Assembly (NCBI GenBank): GCA_048939995.1 | Contig: JBHLOY010000009.1 | Span: 21,456 to 85,455 of the forward strand | Length of the DNA stretch: 64,000 nt | Direction: 5' to 3' | Origin: Promethearchaeota archaeon | GTDB lineage: Archaea; Asgardarchaeota; Lokiarchaeia; Sigyniarchaeales; SOKP01 | In this document: in pieces, positions 36,774-44,971 of the stretch | Numbering within the stretch: the stretch's first letter is position 1 | Layout: each line of letters opens with the position of its first letter | The notes under the pieces: generated by a model | What the model was told of the DNA's origin: nothing | The model's database searches: none | Seen by the model: only the letters and a program-made list of their open reading frames with translations | Position numbers and translations under genes: made by a program

Positions 36774-36928
36774 TTTAAAATTTACCTCCTAAAAAGCATC
36801 TATTTATAATGCCATTAAGTTTTAATATATTTTAAATTTTACGAGACATCGTAATTTTTATTTTATAAAAAAAAAGCTGAAAGATAATAAAGCTTTAATG
36901 GATTGGATTAATCTTTATTTTTTGAGAA

Positions 36929-37744
36929 ATGGATAAAAAAGAGATTATTTCTGATTATAAAATAATTATTGGGGATATTTTAGACGTTTTAGATCAATAT
37001 AAATCTTGGTTTGATTTAATCATTGCTGACCCTCCCTTTGGTATTGATTTTGATAAAAGCTACCATGAATATGGTGCGGAAGGTTTTATTCTGTATGATG
37101 ATAAATTTGAGGGCAATGATTATGAAGAATTTTCATATGATTGGATTTCCAAATGCTATGACGCTCTTAAGCCAAATGGGGCTATGTATATTATTAGTGG
37201 CTGGACTAATTTGGATAGGATTCTTAATGCAATCAAAAAAACAAAATTCATATTAAAGAATCATATCATCTGGTTTTATGAATGGGGTGTGTTTGCAAAT
37301 AAGAAATATATTACAAGCCATTATCATATTCCATTTCTTGTGAAAGATGAAAAAAAGTATACATTTAACCCACAATATTCGAATCCAAAGACTAAGAGGA
37401 AAGGGTTCAAATATGAAAAAGATGTGTGGTATTGGCCTAAATATAATAGAGGAAATGATCCAGAACACATCAAAGGACATCCTTGTCAATTACCAATATT
37501 TTTAATGAAAAAAATGATCAAAATTTCCTCACTTCCAGGAGATTGGGTAGCAGATCTATTTTCTGGAAGCGGAGGTACTTTATTGGCATGTAGAGAATTA
37601 GGACGTAATTGCATTTCGATTGAAAAGAATCCAGATTATCTTGAAATTATAAATAAAAAAGCTAAAATAAAACAAAATATTATCTATAAACCTCCTGAAA
37701 GTGAAAAAACTTTACAAACCGGATTAAATAATTTTAAATTATAA
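36929..37744 (+). CDS. Beta-class DNA methyltransferase (N6-adenine or N4-cytosine), orphan
   Basis: Motif IV 'IIADPPFG' precedes motif I 'DLFSGSGGTLLA' (beta permutation). No adjacent endonuclease candidate. Confidence 0.8.
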   Translation: MDKKEIISDYKIIIGDILDVLDQYKSWFDLIIADPPFGIDFDKSYHEYGAEGFILYDDKFEGNDYEEFSYDWISKCYDALKPNGAMYIISGWTNLDRILNAIKKTKFILKNHIIWFYEWGVFANKKYITSHYHIPFLVKDEKKYTFNPQYSNPKTKRKGFKYEKDVWYWPKYNRGNDPEHIKGHPCQLPIFLMKKMIKISSLPGDWVADLFSGSGGTLLACRELGRNCISIEKNPDYLEIINKKAKIKQNIIYKPPESEKTLQTGLNNFKL

Positions 37745-37758
37745 TTCAATTATATATA

Positions 37759-38082
37759 TTGGTTCAGATGATGGTTGAATTTTCTAAGAAAGTAAAAGAA
37801 TTAATAAAGCAAATACCTTATGGAAAAGTTGCAACTTATGGTCAAATTGCTGCTCTTGCGGGAAATCCTAGAGGCGCACGACAAGTGTCTTGGATTTTAC
37901 ATTCTTGTACGAAAAAGGATAACTTACCGTGGCATCGAGTTATTAATAGTAAAGGAGGTATTTCTTTGCCTATTGGTGGTGGTTATGAAACACAAAGGAG
38001 CCTTTTGGAGTTAGAAGGAATTTCCTTTAAAGCAAATAATTCAATAGATTTAAATGTTTATCTTTGGAATTTTAAAGTGTAG
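37759..38082 (+). CDS. Alkyltransferase-like protein (ATL; MGMT fold lacking the acceptor Cys)
   Basis: MGMT DNA-binding domain 'YGKVATYGQIAALAGNPRGARQV' with the active-site motif PCHRV replaced by 'PWHRV'. Confidence 0.75.
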   Translation: MVQMMVEFSKKVKELIKQIPYGKVATYGQIAALAGNPRGARQVSWILHSCTKKDNLPWHRVINSKGGISLPIGGGYETQRSLLELEGISFKANNSIDLNVYLWNFKV

Positions 38083-38100
38083 ATTTTCACAGATAATCAG

Positions 38101-38613
38101 TCATTTAAAATAGAACTGGAATTTCCTATAACATGAATTCTCTTCCTTCATCATGCAACCATTAATTTGTGGGGCTATATCATACTCAATATTTAATTCA
38201 TCAAACCATCCTTTAAGCCGTTGAAAGATACCACAACTATATTTTTCTATATAACCCATTCGCACAATCCCATCATATGCAAAACATTTATTCATAGTGA
38301 AGATTAATATATTTTTAGCCGGGAATTCAAATTTGAAATCCATAAAATCTGCTTTTACCACAGAGAATATTATCCTCATGACTTTTTTGAACTCTTCAAA
38401 AGATTCAAGTTGTTTTATCCCAATTGCTTTCTTAAACCTTTGCATTTCAATTTTAGCCATTGATTTTACTGCCGCTTTGTTAATTTTGTTGGTTTTTTCA
38501 ATTCCACACTCTTTAGCACAATGATAAAACCACATTCCATCATGAGTCATCCAATTTTTGATTAAAATTTCTTTTACCTGCTTAAATTCCAAATTTGGGC
38601 TTAACTTTTCCAT
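38101..38613 (-). CDS. 'WMTHDG' / 4-Cys family protein, copy 2
   Basis: 'IKNWMTHDGMWFYH' and the C-terminal 'KCFAYDG...YSCG...GWFDELN...GC...SC'. The start is taken at MEKLSPN (38613), which parallels the paralogs. Confidence 0.6.
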   Translation of the reverse strand: MEKLSPNLEFKQVKEILIKNWMTHDGMWFYHCAKECGIEKTNKINKAAVKSMAKIEMQRFKKAIGIKQLESFEEFKKVMRIIFSVVKADFMDFKFEFPAKNILIFTMNKCFAYDGIVRMGYIEKYSCGIFQRLKGWFDELNIEYDIAPQINGCMMKEENSCYRKFQFYFK

Positions 38614-39125
38614 TTCTTCACCGCAATTAAAACTCTGCATTCTTTATCACCATCTTTGAGACAATTAAGACATTTTTCCTCTGCATCTACTCCTAATGCC
38701 TTATACCATCCTGATCGCATCGAAAAGCAACCACATTCATAATTATCTTCCATTTTGATACGCTTTACTTGATTTATAACTGCACATTTTTTCACAATTC
38801 CTAAAAGTTCATTATCAGATACCTTTTGGAATTCATATGACATTGTAGGAGGGGGATAATAAAATTCCATGGCAGCTAAGCATACATCATGCAGAGTTTG
38901 AAGATTTTTTACTTCAGAAATTTTTAAAGCATTAATGAAACGATACATCATAACTTTCCCCATCTCTGCTATGATACTTTTGTTTAACTTATTCCCCTTT
39001 TCCCATCCAAACTCCTTAACTATTGCCATTTGAGCTCTTGCGTCATGAGACATCCAATTTTTCCGCAGAATATCAATTTTCTGCTGGTCAGTAAGAGCAT
39101 CCAAATATAAGATTTGTTTTTCCAT
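38601..39125 (-). CDS. 'WMTHDG' / 4-Cys family protein, copy 3 (divergent)
   Basis: 'RKNWMSHDARAQM' and 'KCAVINQ...YECGCF...GWYKALG...CLNC...EC'. In tandem with copy 2, which it overlaps. Confidence 0.6.
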   Translation of the reverse strand: MEKQILYLDALTDQQKIDILRKNWMSHDARAQMAIVKEFGWEKGNKLNKSIIAEMGKVMMYRFINALKISEVKNLQTLHDVCLAAMEFYYPPPTMSYEFQKVSDNELLGIVKKCAVINQVKRIKMEDNYECGCFSMRSGWYKALGVDAEEKCLNCLKDGDKECRVLIAVKKWKS

Positions 39126-39275
39126 ATGTAATTCATCTCTTGGTTAATTTTTAATATTTTTCGATCTATTACAACCTTTTTATAGTTGAAAGATGGAAAA
39201 CATAAATATGGGTGTTAATAATTATGAATTATTATACTATATTCAACTTAATTTAAGTTGAAGTGAGAATACAAA

Positions 39276-40163
39276 ATGAGTGATGAATTAATAAAACAAA
39301 TTAGACAGTTTCTAAAGAATGGCGATCTCTCAAATTATGAAGTTAGTGCTTTTATTGAACTTTTACAATCAAACTACTTAACAGCTCGAGAATTAAGTAA
39401 GAAGTCTGAAGTCCCTACAGGCAGAATTTATGAGATTTTAGAACAATTAAAAGATAAAGGAATGATTGAAATTCAAGATTCTCGCCCTAAAGTTTATAGA
39501 GCAATACCTTTCAATACTGCTTTTCAAAATCTCATATCTTATTTAGATAATAAACGTAAAAATAAAGTTACATATTTATACGATCAAGTTAAGATTTTAG
39601 AACGTAATATCTTAAATTCTGAGATGTTTATTAAAAAAAATGATTCTCAACTATTTTGGTCAACAACTTTCGGTGCAATACCAATCTTGTCTTTATATGA
39701 ACAGAAAATGAAGGAAGTTCATGAAGAACTTTTAATGACTGGTTTTATTAATGAAAATACTATAAAAGTACTCCCTTACGGAAAAGTTATATACAATGGA
39801 ATTAGAAATGCTTTATCGCGAGGAGTTCAAGTGAAATATTTATGGAGTTTTGATTTTGATAATAGAGAGTTATCTAATGATTTAATAGAAAAAAATGAAG
39901 AACTTTATAGTGATATAAAGAATAAATTGAAGGAATTATTTGATATTTCGGATGATATTAAAGGGTTTGAAATGAAATATATGCATAAGCGAATTCCATC
40001 TTACTATGATATTTTTGATACTAAACAAGTTTTATTGAAATTACAAAATCCCATTAATATATCTCAAATATATGCTTCAATAAATATAATCGATATTAAT
40101 TTAGCTGAGGACTTGAAAAAGAGATTTCATCAGCTCTGGGTATTTGAAGGATTAAATATCTGA
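39276..40163 (+). CDS. TrmB-family transcriptional regulator
   Basis: N-terminal wHTH 'LSNYEVSAFIELLQSNYLTARELSKKSEVPTGRIYEILEQLKDKGMIEI' plus a C-terminal TrmB-type effector domain of about 200 aa. Confidence 0.75.
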   Translation: MSDELIKQIRQFLKNGDLSNYEVSAFIELLQSNYLTARELSKKSEVPTGRIYEILEQLKDKGMIEIQDSRPKVYRAIPFNTAFQNLISYLDNKRKNKVTYLYDQVKILERNILNSEMFIKKNDSQLFWSTTFGAIPILSLYEQKMKEVHEELLMTGFINENTIKVLPYGKVIYNGIRNALSRGVQVKYLWSFDFDNRELSNDLIEKNEELYSDIKNKLKELFDISDDIKGFEMKYMHKRIPSYYDIFDTKQVLLKLQNPINISQIYASINIIDINLAEDLKKRFHQLWVFEGLNI

Positions 40164-40204
40164 GAAAATAAACTATATTAGAATTTCTATTATTATTATA
40201 CTTA

Positions 40205-40630
40205 ATGAGTGCAAAGGAAGAACTTTCAATTGCTGCAATCGTATATTTTAATGATGAATATCTAATACTAAAGTATGGATTAGGGCACTGGGAGTTCGTT
40301 AAAGGACATAAAGAAGATGATGAAACTGATGAAGAAACGATAATGAGGGAATTATTGGAGGAAACTGGTATTACTGACGCTGAAATTGTTAATGGTTTTA
40401 AAGGAAAATATGAGTATAACTTTACATTCAAGAAACAGAAAATCCATAAATTAGTTTACTGTTATTTAATAAAGTCTAACTCCAAGGATGTTAGCTTAAG
40501 TTATGAACATGATGCCTTCAAGTGGCTACCTTTCGATAAAGCTATTAAACAATTAACATACAGTAATGCTAAAAGGTTATTGAAAAAAGCTGAAACCTTT
40601 CGTAAATCCTCTTTAGCATCCTTCTATTAA
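40205..40630 (+). CDS. NUDIX hydrolase (Ap4A-hydrolase-like)
   Basis: Nudix box 'GHWEFVKGHKEDDETDEETIMRELLEETGI'. Confidence 0.85.
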   Translation: MSAKEELSIAAIVYFNDEYLILKYGLGHWEFVKGHKEDDETDEETIMRELLEETGITDAEIVNGFKGKYEYNFTFKKQKIHKLVYCYLIKSNSKDVSLSYEHDAFKWLPFDKAIKQLTYSNAKRLLKKAETFRKSSLASFY

Positions 40631-40682
40631 CAAATTTTAAATTTGGGTTGCTTTTTAAATTTTAAATGTTTTCTATTTAATT

Positions 40683-41426
40683 ATGAATTTTATATTTTTA
40701 GTTGTTTTTGGTGTAATCATTATTTTAATCCTAATATTTGGTTTACCTCGTAAAAACAACAAAAGAAAACCAAGTATAGAGGGAATTGATGATCCTGATG
40801 TGGCAAAAGCATTTGAAAGGATGTCAAACATACTTCCTTTTAAGTTATTAAGGAGAAAGATAGTCAATAAGTTGAAGAAGTATGATTTAAAAGGATTAGT
40901 AATTGATATTGGATGCGGTTCTGGAAACTTGATTATCCAAATTGCTAAAAATTTTAATGGTATTGAACCTTTGGGTATAGACATCTCTGATGAAATTTTG
41001 GAATTAGCCAAAAAAAGAGCTGCTTTAAATGGGGTTAATGATAAAGTAAAATTTAAAACTGGAAATGTAGAAAGTCTTCCGTTATCAGATAATTCAGCAG
41101 AATTTATTGTAAGCTCATTTTCATTGCATCATTGGATTTCTCCTAAAAAAGCCCTTAGTGAAGTTACTCGAGTTTTAAAAAAGGATGGTATTTTATTAAT
41201 TTTTGACTTTCGAAGAGATTCCCGAAGATTTTTTTATGGTTTATTAAAGTTCGCTACTAAAATCGTTGCTCCTAAAGCATTAAAAAAGATTAATGAACCA
41301 TTAGGATCGTTAAAAGCAAGCTATACAAAAGAGGAAGTAAGAGCTATTTTATCAGATATAAATATCAGTGAAGTAAAAATAGAGTCTTTTTTAGCTTGGA
41401 TGTTCATTATTATAAAAAAAGACTAA
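40683..41426 (+). CDS. Membrane-anchored class I SAM-dependent methyltransferase
   Basis: An N-terminal TM helix, motif I 'VIDIGCGSGNL' and 'SSFSLHHW'. Paralogous to 1..582. Confidence 0.8.
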   Translation: MNFIFLVVFGVIIILILIFGLPRKNNKRKPSIEGIDDPDVAKAFERMSNILPFKLLRRKIVNKLKKYDLKGLVIDIGCGSGNLIIQIAKNFNGIEPLGIDISDEILELAKKRAALNGVNDKVKFKTGNVESLPLSDNSAEFIVSSFSLHHWISPKKALSEVTRVLKKDGILLIFDFRRDSRRFFYGLLKFATKIVAPKALKKINEPLGSLKASYTKEEVRAILSDINISEVKIESFLAWMFIIIKKD

Positions 41427-41431
41427 AAATG

Positions 41432-42223
41432 TTAAAGAACAAATATTTTTAATAATAAATAAACCCCTATGCCAAAAGCATAAATTGGAATCAAATATTT
41501 CCATATTTTGTTTGGTAATACCCTAACTAAGTAAGGAGCTAAGATTGCGGCAAAAAAACCACCCGTAAAAATTGAGGGCAATATAACCAAATCGACATTA
41601 ACTCCAGCAAAACTAATACCAAAAAATACTATTATTCCTGTTATCGATACTAAACCTTCTGCAAAAGAAACAATTGCTGTGGCACTTTTTTCGTAGATAC
41701 CTGAAAAAATTTGTCCTAAAGTCACTACTGGACCATATCCTCCTCCACCGATCCCTTTATTGAAGCCAGCAAGTGCTGAAAAAGCGAATAACATTTTAGG
41801 CTTGTATTTATATGCTTTAATATTCTTCAATTTTAATCTTAATAAACCAAGCATTCCCATAAAAACTACTAGCACTGCCACATAGATTTTAATCACATCT
41901 TCAGGAAATACAATCGCATAGTAGGAAAGAAAAACTGAGGTGAAAGTTGCTACACAACCAAAAAGCGCAATGTAAAGAGTAACCCTAGTAGTATCATTTA
42001 ATGGTCGAAATGAAAATTGAACATTCTTGAACTCATGATCAAATACAGCATCCATTATACCTGTAATAGCTTCAGAAATTAAAAGTGCTGGAACGACCTG
42101 AAGTGAATTATATCCCATAGATAACAATAATGGAGACAATCCTGTTCCAAAACCCATCCCAGCAGCTGAATCCAATGTTTCAAATATAAACGCTAGGATA
42201 ATTATTATTAAGATTAGCTCCAT
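41432..42223 (-). CDS. TSUP (TauE/SafE, DUF81) family anion permease
   Basis: Seven to eight TM helices, an N-terminal 'DSAAGMGFGTGLSPLLL' and an internal repeat with a 'GIGGGGYGPV' Gly-rich motif. Confidence 0.7.
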   Translation of the reverse strand: MELILIIIILAFIFETLDSAAGMGFGTGLSPLLLSMGYNSLQVVPALLISEAITGIMDAVFDHEFKNVQFSFRPLNDTTRVTLYIALFGCVATFTSVFLSYYAIVFPEDVIKIYVAVLVVFMGMLGLLRLKLKNIKAYKYKPKMLFAFSALAGFNKGIGGGGYGPVVTLGQIFSGIYEKSATAIVSFAEGLVSITGIIVFFGISFAGVNVDLVILPSIFTGGFFAAILAPYLVRVLPNKIWKYLIPIYAFGIGVYLLLKIFVL

Positions 42224-42231
42224 ATTTACAC

Positions 42232-42384
42232 CTATAAAACGAAAAAAAACAGAGTCATAATAGCAACGTATACAATAATTGCTCCAAATATCTTTCTAAA
42301 AGATGTCTTATTTATTCTTATCCTCTCAGAGATGCTTTTTTCATCTAATTCTTGCGCTTCCTTTCCTATTGTACAAGATTCCAT
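42232..42384 (-). CDS. Possible 50-aa tail-anchored membrane peptide
   Basis: Below the ORF-track cutoff. MESCTIGKEAQELDEKSISERIRINKTSFRKIFGAIIVYVAIMTLFFFVL*. Its stop is 8 nt before the TSUP start on the same strand. Confidence 0.3.
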   Translation of the reverse strand: MESCTIGKEAQELDEKSISERIRINKTSFRKIFGAIIVYVAIMTLFFFVL

Positions 42385-42571
42385 TCTTATAAACTTTTAA
42401 TGTTATTTAGTGATATTTAATGATTCTTAATTATGAGTAATTATATGTTATTATTTAAACTTTTTGAAAAAAAAAAGATTATTGGCCTAAAAAATATACG
42501 TGTTTATAATAATTGGACTATAGAATAAATAAATTGGATAAAGCCTAAAATTTTATTTAGGTGAATTCTAA

Positions 42572-43069
42572 TTGAGTCTAAAAAGGCATAATGGTCAGGT
42601 GAGGGAATTTCCACATACTCATATATATCATGCATTATTACCTGTAATTTTTATTTCATTTTGGGTTATAGATTCTCAACTTTTTCATTTATCAACTATC
42701 TTGAATTCTTTCGTACCTTTTTATATACGTATAATTTTGGCTGCTAGTATATTTATTATAGCACTAATATTGATACTATTATCGCATAGAACTTTGTTTA
42801 AATCACATCAACCGCCAAATATTTTAATCAAAAATGGAATTCTGGCGTATGTCAGAAATCCAATGTATTTAGGCATCTTATTAATTTATATAGCCTTCAT
42901 ATCTTTCTCTATTTCAATTATTTGCATTGGACTTTTTTGTTTTGTTTTTCTAATTTATAACAAGATGGTGAATTTTGAAGAAAAAATTCTCGAAAATATG
43001 TTCGATGAAGAATATTTGAATTACAAGAAGAAAGTTTCTAAGTGGATTCCAAATCCTTTTAAGAAATAA
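42572..43069 (+). CDS. Isoprenylcysteine carboxyl methyltransferase (ICMT)/phospholipid methyltransferase family membrane protein
   Basis: 'LIKNGILAYVRNPMYLGILLIYIAF' and the C-terminal 'EEKILENMFDEEYLNYKKKV'. The TTG start lies 7 nt after the SD AGGTGA. Confidence 0.75.
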   Translation: MSLKRHNGQVREFPHTHIYHALLPVIFISFWVIDSQLFHLSTILNSFVPFYIRIILAASIFIIALILILLSHRTLFKSHQPPNILIKNGILAYVRNPMYLGILLIYIAFISFSISIICIGLFCFVFLIYNKMVNFEEKILENMFDEEYLNYKKKVSKWIPNPFKK

Positions 43070-43307
43070 GAATCTCAGATAATTAAATCTTAAATATTAG
43101 ACTTTTTGAAGAGAAATGAAAAAATGGAATAAAGCAATCCTTATTATTTTATTAATTCTACTTTTAATAATCCCTACTATCATAACTGTCATTTTATTTT
43201 TGTAAAATCAAGAAGGAATTATTAAAATAGTTAATAAATTAATAACTAAACTTATTTTAAAAAATCTATAATAATTAAATATAGTTTCCAAGATATGTGA
43301 GATTCTT

Positions 43308-44291
43308 ATGATTCAGAAAAAAATTACCTCGTTCCCAGAAATAGTAAATATATCCTCAAAATTCAATATGAAGGAAAAAATCATCTTACATCGGGGTTTA
43401 TCTTATGATTTTTTGAGGAAGCTTCCTAGCAAGTTAATTAGATTGATAATTACGTCCCCACCGTACAATTTAGGCAAAGATTACGAAATTGAGAAGGAGT
43501 TCGAAGAGTATTTGTTAGAACAAGAATTAGTTATTAAGGAATTAGTTAGAGTATTAGCAAATAATGGTAGTATTTGTTGGGAAGTAGGGAATTATATAGA
43601 AGAAGGAGAAGTTTATCCATTGGATATATATTTCTACAATCTTTTTAAAAAGTATTCATTAAAATTGAGGAATAGAATAATCTGGCATTTTGGACACGGT
43701 CTGCATTGTAAGAATAGGTTTTCTGGAAGGTACGAAACAATTTTATGGTTTACAAAATCTAACGATTATATTTTTAATTTAGATGAAGTAAGAGTACCAC
43801 ATAAGTATCCTGGCAAAAAAGCATATAAAGGACCTAATAAAGGAAAACTTTCTGGGAACCCTCTAGGAAAAAATCCTTCTGATGTATGGAAATTGTTATC
43901 TAAAGATTGGAAGAATTCATTTTGGGAATTTCCAAATGTTAAATCAAATCATCCCGAAAAAACAATTCATCCATGTCAATTTCCAATCGAATTGGTTGAA
44001 AGATGCGTATTAGCATTAACTAATGAAAATGATTATATATTGGATCCATATTGTGGTGTAGGTTCAAGTCTTATTGCAGGAATAAAAAATAATAGAAAAG
44101 TAATAGGGATTGATAAGGAATTGAAATATATAAATATCGCTAAAGAGAGGATAAATGCTTATTTTGAAGGAATTCTAAAAATTCGTCCACTAGGAAAAAA
44201 GATACACCAGCCTAGTGGTAGGGAGAAAGTTTCTCAAATACCTAAAGAGTGGCAAAATTCAAAGGAGAATTTAGATGGACCACCATCATAA
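43308..44291 (+). CDS. Beta-class DNA methyltransferase, SPPY type (probable N4-cytosine), orphan
   Basis: Motif IV 'IITSPPYNLG' precedes motif I 'LDPYCGVGSS'. No endonuclease candidate nearby. Confidence 0.8.
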   Translation: MIQKKITSFPEIVNISSKFNMKEKIILHRGLSYDFLRKLPSKLIRLIITSPPYNLGKDYEIEKEFEEYLLEQELVIKELVRVLANNGSICWEVGNYIEEGEVYPLDIYFYNLFKKYSLKLRNRIIWHFGHGLHCKNRFSGRYETILWFTKSNDYIFNLDEVRVPHKYPGKKAYKGPNKGKLSGNPLGKNPSDVWKLLSKDWKNSFWEFPNVKSNHPEKTIHPCQFPIELVERCVLALTNENDYILDPYCGVGSSLIAGIKNNRKVIGIDKELKYINIAKERINAYFEGILKIRPLGKKIHQPSGREKVSQIPKEWQNSKENLDGPPS

Positions 44292-44940
44292 TAAACATGA
44301 ATGGACAGAGGAACGATCAAAACGATTTATAAGGTTAGTGAAAGAAAAAGTATATAAAAGTCGTTATATTCCATTTGCCAGAAAAATTGTTTATTTTATG
44401 GAAAAATATAAAATTGACTTAAATTCCACGATAGTAGATATTGGATGCGGTCCTGGATATCTTCTAATTGAAATCCGAAAAATATTACCTGATATAAAAA
44501 TAATAGGTGTAGATGCATCAGATCTTATGATAAATACTGCAATTGAAAAAGCTAAAGAATTAAATATTAAAAATTTTGAATTTAAGAAAGCTTATGCTGA
44601 AAATATTCCAATTCAAAATAGTCTTATTGATCTTTCCACATGTTACAATAGTCTTCATGATTTTAAGGATTGGAAACTTGCTATTAAGGAGATTTTTCGA
44701 ATTTTAAAACCAAATGGCATTTTTATTCTCCTTGATAGAAGTGGAGCTTATCCTAAATGGAAATTCTTTTCAGTGATATTTAGAATTGGTTTAAGGAATG
44801 CAATACGATATTTTAAGACAAGACATTCATGGTTAGATCCAAAGATTATTGAAAAGCTTATGATAGATGTTGGATTTCAAGTATTATTTTTGGAGAAGAA
44901 AGAGCATTACATTATTGTTGGTAAAAAAAGTAACAAATAA
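44275..44940 (+). CDS. Class I SAM-dependent methyltransferase
   Basis: Motif I 'VDIGCGPGYL' and 'ILKPNGIFILLD'. Overlaps the preceding DNA MTase gene by 17 nt. Confidence 0.8.
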   Translation: MDHHHNKHEWTEERSKRFIRLVKEKVYKSRYIPFARKIVYFMEKYKIDLNSTIVDIGCGPGYLLIEIRKILPDIKIIGVDASDLMINTAIEKAKELNIKNFEFKKAYAENIPIQNSLIDLSTCYNSLHDFKDWKLAIKEIFRILKPNGIFILLDRSGAYPKWKFFSVIFRIGLRNAIRYFKTRHSWLDPKIIEKLMIDVGFQVLFLEKKEHYIIVGKKSNK

Positions 44941-44971
44941 TTTTTTATAATTCTAAAAATTGCACTTATTT

